64,000 bases of DNA, from assembly GCA_051530055.1 (NCBI GenBank), contig CM121341.1:5434784-5498783 (forward strand), written 5' to 3'. The translations under genes were made by a program, and so were the position numbers. The stretch comes from Neoechinorhynchus agilis. Its lineage: Eukaryota; Animalia; Acanthocephala. Positions 42,215 to 54,816 of the stretch are shown piece by piece. How positions within the stretch are numbered: the stretch's first letter is position 1; each line of letters begins with the position of its first letter. The notes beneath the pieces are model-generated. The model was given only the letters and a program-made list of their open reading frames with translations, was not told where the DNA came from and ran no database searches.

Positions 42215-43939
42215 TCAAAAGTCATCAAAGAAGCTATCATCAAACAAATAGTTGTGTTCTCCGTTGGATTTCTCGATTGCAGATAAATCGAAAATTTCCG
42301 CTTGTCTGGACGAAGCAGTATATTCCAAAAGATCGGACAACACGACGGTCCAGTCGAGATCGGCATAACGGTCGTATAGAATTACGGGTACTTTCGCCAG
42401 CCTCTGCTTATGAACTGCAACGATGTTCGAAGGACATATAAAAATATAGAGTTCATTTTGAGCTTGAAACAATGGAACCTGCAATTAATGAAGGAGGAGG
42501 TTTTAATAAAACCGAAAATGCTAACATTTGCAAGTGTCAGTGAGCATCCTGGACTGAGTTCGAAGTCCTGAATTAAGCCATGATTCGCGATTGCAGCTTT
42601 CAATGTGTCTACGGATTTAATTTAATAGAAATCGAAAAAAGGTTAGGAAGCGTACGAACCACCTCGTAAGTCAGATAAAATCACTTGGACGTTACCATGT
42701 TTGTCGTTTATGTCAAATGTTCATTTTTATTTAAAGAACATTTGGTCGGAACGAAGGTTGCGGTACCGCAAGATTCTTATTATCCAATAAAACAAAAAAC
42801 TCCAACGATTTTTATGACCAATTTTAATTCTAGTAGAATAAAATGCATATTAAATAGCTAAGTGTCGTTCAGAGAAATTAAATTTTCTATAATTGATTGG
42901 TGTGCGGCTCGATAGAATATGCGAAACTTTCATTATTAGAAATCGTTTATTCCTATTGAAATTTAGATAAATCGATAAAATTCAACATTTACATGGTGAA
43001 TTCGCGTGGACCTGAAAGCCCAAGCAACAGAAGGATTGTCATGTGAAGCATTTTTACGGTTTAAGATGAGAAGAACATTTGTTCTATTCGTTTGACGGCC
43101 ACGCAAATAAGCGGAACGCGGCTCGATTCCGTCTGTCGGATAACTCGACTTTTTCGCTTGATCAAAGCAATCGATGGCATCATCGATAAAGATATCTCAT
43201 GTTGCTCACATTGGTGATATGCCGAAGATAGAGTCGTATAAATGGAAACTTCCTTCGTCAGAACTCTCTAAATAACTTAAAATGCGAATAATAACAAAGA
43301 GTCGAACTTACCCGCTTGACCTGAGTGGCCCTCTGCGAGAATGCGGCATCGATTTGCTCCTTAAGGACGTCTTCGTTGTCTCGATCGATCTACGGTTCAG
43401 TGTTTAAAAAGAATAAATAAAGAAAAAACCTTAGAAGGTAAGAATCCAATTGGGCCGGGAATATGTTGGGACGTAGCGGGTATTTGATCCATTGAAGGTT
43501 CCGGTAAATTCGATTCTCTTCTTAAGGTTGGCCATAAAGAACCCATCTCAGTCTCATGATTAGTTTTCTCTTCAGGAACAACTCTGAAATAATTCCTTAT
43601 ACTTTGCTGCCCCTTCTTTTGATGAAATTTGATTTTATATTTCTGAGATTCATCGTTCGGATTTTTATGTTGGAGTAAACCAGTGAAAGAGTTGGATGAT
43701 TCTGAGACATTTTTGGCGTTCCCAGAATTAAACCGGTCTTCGATGTTGGTAGCGAGAACATGAGACGAAGGCACGAAATCGAACTTTAGATTCATTTTCG
43801 AATCAACTATTGGACTACGAGGTTTGTAGGATTCAAGTTGCAAACGACCAGTCGATCTTAATTTGTTTGATTTTCCGATATTTATTCTCTCGAATTCCGA
43901 TTTATCAATCGTCGATAGGATGTAACTGCACGAAGCCAT
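42215..43939 (-). CDS. HROB: HROB/C17orf53/MCM8IP-like OB-fold protein, ~6 exons
   Basis: PSIALIKRK..SRVPLICVAVKRI, VQVILSDLRDTLKAAI, ELSPGCSLTLANVSIF, YIFICPSNIV and the acidic C-terminus LFDDSFFDDF are collinear with the HROB OB-fold as I recall it. Confidence 0.72.
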
Positions 43940-44919
43940 AATTTTTGCATTTCTCTTTATGGTAATGCGAATGAGTTTTGTAATTGGCCAAACAATATTT
44001 TTCTACAGAAAATCAATTGATTTATTATAAAAAAGGGAAATAATTCGATGGTGACAAAAAGTTAAAGTTTTTGAGGATTATAAGAACTCAAATTCTTCAA
44101 TATGAGAGCAGAGTTAAGAATGGGATGAAAGTACAATTTAAGATCAATGCTCACTGCTTAGTAGAATGTACAAAAGCCGAAATGAATGGATTTATAAATT
44201 AGTCAAGTCTTACAAATGAAGAGTGAAGAAATTTGAGTGCTGAAAGCGTTTTGAGCCGTGCAAATGGAAAGAAGTGCCATAAAAGTGTAACAAAGTGGAA
44301 ACTTGCCAATTCTTCGTCTAGTTCTCAGCCTTCAACCATTCAAGGATGTGGTAACGTTTAAAGTGAACATCGACTTGAAAATACGGTTGACTTTCAAGGA
44401 GCCTAAAAACTCGGCAACCGAGATTCCTTAGTGAACTCACTGACACATTTGAGTAACTTTCGAAAAAGTAAGCACTTTAACGTATAAAAAGGTTAAAGGA
44501 GTCCAACTCCGACTAATTTGCGTCTAGAATTTATGCGATTTCCGTGTCGGCAACAGTCATTCGCACTCTAGACGATTCGAGAGTTCGTAATCAGCAACGG
44601 GACGAAGAGGTCCTCACACCTTACCAAATCTCTTGGTAGCGCAAAATCTGTTAAAAGATTAGATGTCATCTATAAGAGCAGGTCGAAAGTAGAAAATAAT
44701 CTAAGAAATTCTCCATTCAAAAAACTGTCACTCTTATCGAACGCACACACACAGAAGCCTTCATTTCCTTAAAGTCCTCGGGAAAGGAGAAAATCGACTG
44801 CTTCTTTTTAGGCGTTTTGCGTGTGGCAGTACCTCTGCGTCGCCATTCAGCCGAACAGGAAATATAAAAGGACTGTCGACAAACCAATTACTCTTATTTT
44901 AGGAATCCGAACAAAGATA

Positions 44920-46171
44920 ATGGTTTCAAATGGATTTGGAGAGTTAACGCTGTCGATTGTTGGACCAATCGCGAGCGTTGGTCTCTTTTTGAGTGGAATG
45001 TACGTAAAATAGACTTTGACGGAACTTGTTAACAACTAAATTCGTAAGCAGGGATTTGTGCCGAGAAATCAAAGAAAAGGAAACGACGGACTCAGTTTCA
45101 CCAATGCCGTTCATTTTGTCACTTACTTGGTAAGTTTCGCCATATAAAAATAAAGGATAAATTGCTTTATAGCGGTGTAATTAATCAAAAATTAAAACAA
45201 AATTCACCTGAATCCACTCAGATCAACCGGAATAATTAAACTAATTCTTTAGGAGGAGAAAGCCCAAGGTGCACAATTAATTTCTTATAGCAAAAACTTA
45301 ACAACCATTTGCATGTTAAGTACTCATTTGAAATAGCACAAGAAGTTTAAAGTATAACATTTAAAATCAATTTGTCCCGTAAATATTTACAAATAAAAAA
45401 TTAAGGTACAAAGGAGAAATTACGATTCAAAAATTTAGATCAATCCAAGATTTTGTGTCTTTTAAAGATCGATAATTTTGAGGCTGCCCCGTTCATAACG
45501 AGCACTAAAAGAGTAACATTTTGTGTTTTAGACAAAAAAATATGTTCGACTTTTACTTTTTTGTAAATCTAAAACGAGTGAATTTAGGCGGATTTGAAGT
45601 GAAATGTTATTTTGAAACGAAACTTTGTGCCTTTTGAGACTAAATCGTTGATTGTAGTGCTTCGTATTGGCTGGCTTATGGAATCCTTTGCCATCTTCCT
45701 TCAATCATTGCGAGCAACACAATCGGCGTTTGTCTTGAATTCATTTATTGTGTCTACTATGCGCTTAAACCTGGTTCAAAGGTACGATCAAAATCGTTCA
45801 GTCACATTAAATCATTATTTAAGCATCGATTTGGAGTAACATTGTCATTGATTGTTTTGATGTCGGCCGTCACTGGGATTGTATTGGGGTTCCAAACAGA
45901 GGAAGCAGTGAGACGACTCATTGGACTCATCTGTGTGTTTCTTGCCATTTTCATGTTTGCTTCACCTCTGGATTCAATGTGCAATGTAGTGAACCAACGA
46001 GCCACATCCGGAATGAGTTTTAAGCTAAGCTTTATGACTCTGTTGGCTGGCATCATTTGGGCCTCTTATGGAATTGTTCTGGCTGACTATTACGTTTTCC
46101 TACCAAACATGATTGGATGTTGTCTAGGAATCATCCAAGTCACCTTGTTTCTGATATTCCCAAGACAATAA
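44920..46171 (+). CDS. SLC50A1: SWEET/MtN3 sugar transporter, 4 exons
   Basis: GLFLSG, SPMPF, WLAYG, SNTIG, MFASPLDSM, WASYG and LPNMIG; GT-AG introns. Confidence 0.88.
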
Positions 46172-46433
46172 ATGCTTCATTTTGATGTTGTGAATGGAAT
46201 TTTAGGGACAACGCAAATCACACGTTCAACACTTGCCAACTTATTATTCCACTTTCGAACCATTTGTCAATCTTTTGTCCTGAGAAGCCACGAAGCATCT
46301 TTGGGGTACAGAATCCTTCTTTAAAAACTTGTTCACCACTAATTGAATAATATCCTCCGATTCGATTAAGAACTTGTTGGGCTTTTCATACGAGTTGCTC
46401 TGAAGAAAGCCCAATAAAAATAAATGAAGTTTA

Positions 46434-46709
46434 TCAATAACTTAAATGGTTTGATATCCGCGAAACAGAGTAAAGAAAGCCGTTTCCGTAGATTCGTAGT
46501 AAGAAATGGAATTCTTTTCTGAGTTGTTCATTGTTCATCAATGGAAGTGTTTCTTTAATAAAGTAAATTAGAATGTAACCAAATGCCTCCAAATCATCTC
46601 CACGTCCTTTTCTTGCGAGCCTGTGAACATTGAGGCTAATTTCCAGTCTACTGAAATCAATAAAATAAATTATTCTTTTTAAATCTCGTCCAATAACGAA
46701 ATTCTCCAT
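46434..46709 (-). pseudogene. Degenerate casein kinase 1-like fragment
   Basis: IYFIDFS..SLNVH..RGDDLEAFGYILIYF..LP resembles CK1 subdomains VII-IX with internal deletion. Confidence 0.45.
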
Positions 46710-47090
46710 TTTTAAGTCACAGTTTACAAGAAATTTCGAATGCTCAAATAAGAACTGCTTTTAATGTAGTGAAACAGTTGACCATTTGCAAAGTATTCGA
46801 ATTTCGGTCGGCAAAAGTTGCTTAAATGTGCGACCGTATAATTCGAAGAGTATTTCTAAATAAATCAATCACCAGTTCGATAACTCCGTAGCTGCGTTTT
46901 ACTACTTTAAAAAAAGTTTCTCAATCAGGGCCTTCACTTTATCATATATTTTTGTTTCCTTAAAAACGAAGACCATTTTTGAAATGGACAGTAATCCCGG
47001 ATGTGAAACCCAAATTCCTGTGATATCTTCCAAAAATTCCTTACTTCTCCGCTTACCAACTCGTTTCTGTTTCCCTTCCAGGATTTCGTC

Positions 47091-47453
47091 ATGCAAACAT
47101 CTCCGTCTTCTAAGAACGCTCTCACAAATCGTCTCCTCGGAAAAATAATGCAGGATCCAACGAGACCTCGATCGTTTCAAAGTCAGAGCAAACGCCGTTT
47201 TCGAGCTCAACGTGATCTTATACGGTACCTTTCAGGATTCCTTCCCGATTTCGATGAGATCTTCGATGAACGATCGTTTTATATCTTCTTTGGATGTATC
47301 GTTGTGCTCAGTATTGTCGCCATCTTCATTTTAAGCCGATACGTCGAACTGAAAGATGCAGACGATGAACCACCCCGGAAGCCACGACGAGTTCGCTCAG
47401 CAGTTAATTTGTTGAGGGATCTAAAATACAAACGAAATTACAAGAAAATGTGA
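47091..47453 (+). CDS. Small single-pass membrane protein, unknown function
   Basis: ORF with one hydrophobic stretch FYIFFGCIVVLSIVAIFILSRY. Confidence 0.5.
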   Translation: MQTSPSSKNALTNRLLGKIMQDPTRPRSFQSQSKRRFRAQRDLIRYLSGFLPDFDEIFDERSFYIFFGCIVVLSIVAIFILSRYVELKDADDEPPRKPRRVRSAVNLLRDLKYKRNYKKM

Positions 47454-47819
47454 TCTCAATAATTTTTAAATCAAGAAGTTATTGTGTTTGAAGGTTTAAA
47501 AACAAATAATATTATTCTTTGAGCTTACGGCAGTTCTGTACTTTGGTTTAACATCAGCAAAGCAAAGTTGTATTTTAACTTTCGTCAATGATTGTAGTTT
47601 TAGGATATTTGCTTATTCGTCGACAGTTTAACCAAGACAAATTCATTTTGTCATCTAAAAGTCAAATTAAATTAAAACTTTAATAAATCTAGAAAAATAG
47701 TTCAAAAATGCTCCAATGCTTACGCGCTATTTACGAAGTCGTATAAAATAAATCAACTCGGCTTCGGATTGGACGAGTATAAAAGCTTAGGAAAAAAAGA
47801 AAATTAACTGAACAAATCG

Positions 47820-49408
47820 CTAATAAAGTTTCTCGTAAACATATAAACACGTAAACCAACAAACAAAGAAACTGACAACCACACTGACGATTCCGTTTTG
47901 AAACAGAGGTTCCGCTTCGTGCTTCGGGATTGTCTTTTTTTTGATCGGATCCTTACAAATGCGCGCGATCCGTCGATCGGCGTATTTATCACATTTCCAC
48001 ACTTGGAGCAAATCATCTGAATCGCTTGTTCGTGGATCGGTCATCCAATCGATAATGTCGGTTATTGATACAAAGTAAACATCCCGAAATTCATTCAATG
48101 CTTCTTCAATAAAAGTCCGCAAACTTGTTTGACCGAACGGCGACATCAACCAGTAAACGTCCGCATGCAAGACCATTGGAACTTTATTTCGGGCGTAATG
48201 AAGCTTAAGATTTTGGAAAAGTATAACTCTCATGGTTTCTTGCTTTATGGCAGAGGCTCCAACAAATAAGAAACCGAAGAGATATTTCCTTTTTGGAAGT
48301 ATGATGATTTTTGGCCGATAAATGTGTTGTAACAGTCGTCTATTCTTCGACACCAGCGGTTTCCAATTAGAAGTGGAAAGGAGGGAATAATCCAGAGCCC
48401 AGGATATGAATTCCGGGCTTTGAAATCACTCCAATAAAATGGAGGAAAATCTGCTGTATGTGGCCAAAAATATCCATTGTTTCGTTCAGGAGGAATATAA
48501 ACGCTCGCGTCATAAGTCACTGGAATTTCATTAAGCCATTCCCATGGATATTCATCGTGTGTATATTTAGCGAAATGACCCTTTATGTCCGATTCTTTTA
48601 CGATTTCATCTTTGTTCAAACTGTTTAACGCATTAAATCTCGAGATAGAAATTTTTAAACTTAAGAACGTTATATGCTCGCCGAAAACGTTTAGTTTTTA
48701 TTTGGAGAAAAAAAGAGCTTTTCAAATATTAAATTTTTCCTAAAGTTTCTGAATGATGATGAAATGAGAAGTAAAAATCTAAATTTGAAATCACCAAATC
48801 ATTCACATTTTAATGATTTGAACGAAATTTAATGGACTATGGCATCATTTGCACCGCGAATAAAACAATCCTTGCAGTTTTGACTACTAAATATAACATT
48901 ATTTCCAGAAATTATAAAAATTATTTCAAAACTCACGTACTTTTCAGTTTCAATTGCAATTTCATGGCCCAGTAAATACAGTGAATTTAGCAAACATTTG
49001 TCCGTTTCGTTATTTCCTGTTCGATTTCGACATTCGTATCTTAGAAAGCAAAAAACCGACCTCGAACGAAGATTGTGAACCTGACAGGGCAATGAATCCG
49101 ATCAAAGGTTTCGTTGAACTTTGCGATAGCTTCAAATGCAGATTGTGTAATAGTGCCATGAATAGCGATGGAAACCTGAACGGAATAAAAGTTGTCTTCT
49201 TTTTTGTAATGAGCCTCACCATTTGAGGAGATTTGTTAGCTTCTAAAGGGCCCATGTAAGCCCTTGAGGTACAATGACACATTGGCAATTGGCAATTTAC
49301 TTGATTGCATTGCTCGTGTCGATTGGAATTTCTATAGGAGTGACCGTAAGCCAAAATATTTAAAGTGACGAGAACTGCAGTCGGAATCAGCCATGAAGTA
49401 ATCATCAT
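47820..49408 (-). CDS. Chitin/polysaccharide deacetylase-like (CE4, insect CDA type) secreted or membrane-anchored protein, probably inactive
   Basis: Signal peptide, CQLPMCHC, PQMV, GHEIA, YDASV..WPHTADF, HYARNKVPM, DVYFVS..IIDWMTDP and a hydrophobic C-terminus. Confidence 0.78.
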
Positions 49409-50288
49409 ATTCGTTGGGTTTTTTAAATTTCAAACTTGACGTGTATTATTTTGTTAATGTAGCTAAAGTTGTTAGACTCGTTGCCGATCAACAAAGAGCG
49501 CTGAAACCTAAGATAAATTTATTTAAAATGAACAAAAATATTCCATTGTATGAAAATTAATCTCTCGAAATTTCTTGTGATTCTCGCCAAGTTGCCTCAA
49601 AACGTAAAATTTTTATGATAAGGATGAAAACGTCTTTAGTAAAAAAAACCAATAACAAACGTAGAAAGTACATTTTTTGCTCCCTCTTTTATTAAACTTC
49701 TGGGATGTTTCCAGGCGCTTTTTACTGTGAATAGATTAAAATTGAGAATACACATCCACTCGAAGGAACAATTGGATAGGAATAAAATTTAATCATAAAA
49801 ATTATTGGGCAAAACAGCTGATTCGCATACCTTTTGGATCGTTTGGTGGCCCAAAAGACATTCGTTTTTGTCATTGATTTGCCGATTTGTAGTAAGCTTT
49901 TTGGTTTAATTGGATTTGGGCGATCTTTGAGAATCGGCGATGATTTACTCAAAATATCTAATAGCGGAACTCAGGAACGATCAGGATTAAAAGATTTTTT
50001 GCACACAAACAGTAGCATTAATGCTTACTTAATTATTCGGTCATTATTGGGCATCTTAGTTACCAAGCAAGAAAATCCACGTATATTCGAGAAAATATGA
50101 ATGAAATAAGAAAAAGTTTAGTCACTATGACTACCCATACGTTATTTTGTGTCGAATATGGAATTTTAAGAGACAATGCGACTAAGAATAGTTGGTATAA
50201 TGGTTTCTTTTTTTTTCTAATTTCGATTTCTCATCTTTAGGGAAGGACCTCGTTTATAAATAGGAAGAAACCTTTCACATACAATCAA

Positions 50289-51011
50289 ATGAATGAACAA
50301 ATGGAGCCACAGCAAAGATCCATAGTGCTCAATTTTGAAATGAACGGAAACTACGATATCTATAATCGTGTAATTAAAAACATTAATCTCTATGCAGCAA
50401 AAAATCTCAATGTAAATTTAATATTGGCACCGCCTTCTGTCTACATAATGAAAATCCGATCAATACTTTCTCCATTGATTGCGTTGGCTGCTCAGAATTC
50501 TTACAAAGAAGATAAAGGTGCGTTTACTGGAGAATTGAGTCCCTTGATGATAAAGGACGCAGGTTGTGAATGGGTTATTATTGGGCATTCGAGTAGAAGG
50601 AAAATCTTTGGAGAATCAAACGAAGAAGTTTGGGCTAGAGCGAGAGCTGCTCGATCGTCCGGACTAAAGGTGATTTTGTGCGTTACTTTAACTGACAATA
50701 AAGATGATGTGTTATTTCAATTAAACGGACTGACGAAAGATATTATTGGTAATGATACATTTATGATAGCCTGTGAGTCTCAGACAGATCTTTCACCCAA
50801 AGAAGCGGATAAAGTCTTTTACAATTTCAGAAAGATGGTTCAGGATATAGTTGGTTTTGAAGCAGCAACCAAGGTAGATTTCATATACGGCTGTAATGTT
50901 GATTCGAGGAAATGTGGGAAAGATGAATTAGCACGCAACTGCGCTGGGTATCTATTCAATGGCGAGAAAATTTTGTTTGATGATATTTACGAACTTTTAA
51001 ATGTGCTATAA
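50289..51011 (+). CDS. TPI: Triosephosphate isomerase-like protein, intronless, catalytic motifs altered
   Basis: AAQNSYKEDKGAFTGELSPLMIKDAGCEWVIIGHS.RR is unmistakably TPI-derived. Confidence 0.85.
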   Translation: MNEQMEPQQRSIVLNFEMNGNYDIYNRVIKNINLYAAKNLNVNLILAPPSVYIMKIRSILSPLIALAAQNSYKEDKGAFTGELSPLMIKDAGCEWVIIGHSSRRKIFGESNEEVWARARAARSSGLKVILCVTLTDNKDDVLFQLNGLTKDIIGNDTFMIACESQTDLSPKEADKVFYNFRKMVQDIVGFEAATKVDFIYGCNVDSRKCGKDELARNCAGYLFNGEKILFDDIYELLNVL

Positions 51012-51823
51012 TTTCGAGAAGCGATGTTTCTACAAATTAAAAGCGGTTTAACAATTTAGTTCTTTAATTCAGAAAATAAAACCGCTTGGTTTCGTTATCA
51101 ACCATTGCACAATCGCCATCAATGCTCCAGTATTTTTAGACTAATATTAAAAAAAGCTGAAACCGATTGAGGTTAATGTTAACAGCGAATTCACCTCGGC
51201 ACGGCGAACAGAGGAAGAGCTCAAAGACCATAAACCTTCGGAAAAAAGAATATCTCGGACAAATCAATGTGGTTTGTTCGCCACCGATAAAAAATTATAA
51301 GCTACAAAAGAGCGGATCTAACTCATTATCATAATATTAATGATTGATAGAGAAAATCCTTTGAGACGATAGCGTGGCGGTGACCAAATAATCCCTAGCC
51401 AGAAAAAACGCATATTTTCCAGAGACATTTCGAAAGATAAAGTCTATTCAGCCTTTTTTCCGAGATCATCTCCAAATCGAATCATAAGGAAGGATTTTCC
51501 CTCGGTGGTTATTTAAGGATTTGGAGATGTGTGGTGACCAAATAATCCGAGATATTTCGAAAAACTAAGTCTCATTAATAATTGTTTTCAATCTAATAAG
51601 TTTTTACAAGAAATTAAAAAAATCGTAATATTTCCCTTGATTTCGCGCAAGTTTAGCAACGCTCTCGTTAATTAAATTGATAGTTCGGTGCGGAATATGG
51701 CATTTTAAGTAAAAAATTAAGAAAACTAAACTAAAGTCACTGGGCGACAATGATCTAATAAAGCGGTAAGGTTACTATGACCACGAAAACGGATTTAAAG
51801 TGGTGTTTTAAGCAAGGATAGTG

Positions 51824-51997
51824 ATGGGACTCCTTTACACCGTACTCCTTGTCTTACTTTCCATCTTCCTTCCACCGTTGGCTGTATTTTTGAAGGATGC
51901 TTCTTGCAGTTGCAACGTCCTTATAAGCATTCTACTTACGATATTGGGCATTATTCCTGGAATTATTCATGCCCTGATTTATGTTCTCTGTTTCTAA
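51824..51997 (+). CDS. PMP3: Pmp3/UPF0057 plasma-membrane proteolipid, 57 aa (missed by the ORF track)
   Basis: MGLLYTVLLVLLSIFLPPLAVFLKDASCSCNVLISILLTILGIIPGIIHALIYVLCF; LPPLAV and LTILG.IPG..HA signatures. Confidence 0.9.
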   Translation: MGLLYTVLLVLLSIFLPPLAVFLKDASCSCNVLISILLTILGIIPGIIHALIYVLCF

Positions 51998-52142
51998 AAG
52001 AGAACGAAGTCGATTTTGACCGATTGAATGTATTTGAATAAATTTGTGGTCGTCGAGTAATTGTTGAACAATTTGAGCAAAACAACCGACAACTCGCTTA
52101 CGGTGACAAACGTCTGAATAAAAGAAAACTAATTTGCTGTCA

Positions 52143-54816
52143 TTATATACTACCATCGCTTCTTTTTCTTGCTTCAAAATCACTGTTCACAAACGTAAAT
52201 CGGTCAAAAATGTCATTTGAGGCGGATTGAAGCATACACATTTGACTAGGGCGAATTAACGATAGTTTTATATCCTGATCTTCATTTTGAGATAGTTTAA
52301 AAGCATTTGGTTTCCATAGTACGGGATAAGAGTTAGTCTCAAAATGCCGCTTGGTGTATTTTTGAAAGAAGCTGTCCTTGAACACATCTTCCCCGCTGAT
52401 TCTCTTCTCTGGCTCAACATTAAGCAAAGCATCTGCGAGATTTACGGCTTCCCGAGGAAGATTCTTCAAATAAACTCTTTTGTTATTGGTCGTGAGTTTG
52501 GAGATTAGATAGGGTACGTCGCCGTTTACCATTTCATACAAAAGTGTCCCCAACGCCCACCAATCGATTTTATAATTATATCCTTCAGTGTTGTATTTAT
52601 CCATATTGTTCATTTCGGGAGCAATGTAATCGAGTGTACCACAAAACGTGTACATTTTTTTATCAAGAGACGATAGTGCTTTAGAAAGACCAAAATCGAT
52701 GAGCTTCGTGTTTCCGTCAGGGGCAAGAACAATGTTCTCCAATTTAAGATCTCTATGAACCATGTTGTGATCGTTCATAAAGCAAAGAGCGCTTGCGATC
52801 TGTCCAATGTAGAGTACAAGTCTTTCAAGTGGAGGATAGAATGTACCTTGACGATTCAAATGACTAAGAAGATTGTAGCCGTTAATTAGTTCCATGACAA
52901 TGTATAAGTGAGTTTTGTCTTGAAACGAGGATGAGATTTGAACAAATCGCTCATTCGAAACAAGTTTAGACATCACAAGACGCTCACTCATCGCGTAAGC
53001 TTCGTCCTGTTTACTTAGAATCTTGAACTTGCTCATAATCTTAATGGCGTAACATACGGATTTGTTTTTTGCCTTTGAAGCAGCGTAGATCTGCCCATAA
53101 GCTCCACAACCAATCTTATAGACCAAGTTGTAGTCTTCGATCGATTCGATTTCATGGTTAATAGCGTTGGGACGTTTCAGTTTTACATCGTATTTGCGCT
53201 CGATCGATGCTGTAATTAGACTGCATTGATATCGATAAGTGAATCGGTTGTGAGTTGTTCCATTTGATTTTTGAATTATTCTCGAGAAATAAAAAAACGT
53301 GGATATTTAGACGTTTAAAAGTAAAAAAAGAGGGTGGCACTAAGAAACTAAAGTTTTGGCGTGATATTCAAAATACTTTATTAAACAAATTGTCGGAAAC
53401 CAAAGGAACGCAAAGCAATGTTTAGTGTTAGAGGATAAATTGCAAACCACGTAAAATTAGTCTTCAAGCTTTAAAATATCGCTTTAGAGATTGCTAACAA
53501 AGGCTCCTATTCAAATTGTAACTGAACTCACAAACAATTCCATTTAAAGTGATTCCATCTCATCATGAGACTGTACGTTTTCTTCATCTTCGGCAGCCTT
53601 AATGGCATAGTAGTTTAATTCTTGTTCTCTGATCAAAACTTTGCTTTCGTTCTCAGTGAATCCACAGGTTGGTGGTTCCAAATTTTCGCAACTGGCATGA
53701 ACTTTCACCTTGCACCTTTTACATCGTTTTGGAATGTCATGCCTGGACTTTTTGAGTACATGTCCATCAACATTACAAAAGTCCATAAACCGAATAGGAT
53801 TAAAGGGTTCGAATAGATGCTTACGTCCTTTAACCTTGACCTGAGTCAATCCGTGCAATATTGAACCTTCCGGTCGACATCTTAGGAGCGTCCTGCGGCG
53901 AGCGCACTGTTTATGAAGTGAGATTCCACATTCACTGCATTGGTATCCTTTTAAAGTGAATCCCCATAAAAGTCCGCGGCAATGGACACATTGCTTTAAT
54001 GACCGGAATATCTTAGGAACCAAACAGTGGCCTTTATAAGCTTCGGGTCGAACATGGCGTTCGGCCAACCGCATATCGCTTAATATTCTTGGTTTTGTCG
54101 GTACTCCCGAACCACTGGATACCATTGACGGACGTGTGGCAATCCAACACAGAGAAGGAAAATGATTGTTGCAAATTATATGGAATATTTTGTGCTAAAA
54201 TTCAGTTTGGTTCTATTTATAAAAGCAAAACTTTGAATCTTTTCAACAAGAAGAAATTCGTGGTGGCACCTTTGTACACCCATCGAATTAAGACCGGAAA
54301 AAATCGGAAGATTAGAAGCATGTCTGGGACAGTTGGACTCAACCGAATCGAATGTTGACGTTAAAATCGTTAAATGCGGACCCACATAAGACTTCATTCA
54401 CTGTGTTAGGATTGATTTCCTCGTTCAGACTCCAAAATATATCGAGTATTCATGTAGATTGTTGCTGCATGAGTTACGAGTTGACACGAAGTACAAATAT
54501 CTCCTTCTTTAGTGATCCTGTCATAGATGCTCTGCAATGTACTTGACCAATGGCCCAGGTTATAACCTCGATGTAAGACGTTAATCTTAAGCTGACGGTA
54601 AGGATTCCAGTGAGCGTCAAAACGAAATCCATTGTTTTTTAGTGCCGGGACAATCTTCTTCTCTCGTTCTATATCTCCGTTGTCGCTAAACGTCGTTAAA
54701 GTCACTTCAAGTTTAAGATCGCTCAAGGGAATCTCGATAGTTCCAGTACCACAAATGCGCGTTACCTTGAAGTGAAGAAATCCTAAATCGCCTGGAGCGT
54801 CTTTATTAGTGGACAT
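52143..54816 (-). CDS. Novel-PKC-like kinase (C2-like, two C1 domains, AGC kinase); exons ~54816-54431, ~54114-53572, 53280-52143
   Basis: FDAHW C2-like motif, two C1-type Cys/His domains, GCGAYG/YAIK/HRDLKLEN/DFG/FCGT.DYIAPE and hydrophobic motif FDRFTF; joined by two GT-AG introns with weak donors. Confidence 0.75.

Noticed and set aside
42435-42480. Apparent GT..TG intron in HROB
   Set aside because: A canonical 48-nt GT-AG intron slightly upstream gives an equally good alignment (IFAQNELYIFICPSNIV).
53280-53572. PKC apparently split into separate regulatory and kinase genes (stop at 53544)
   Set aside because: A phase-2 GT-AG intron (53571-53281) with a weak GTCTCA donor, similar to other donors here, joins them in frame.
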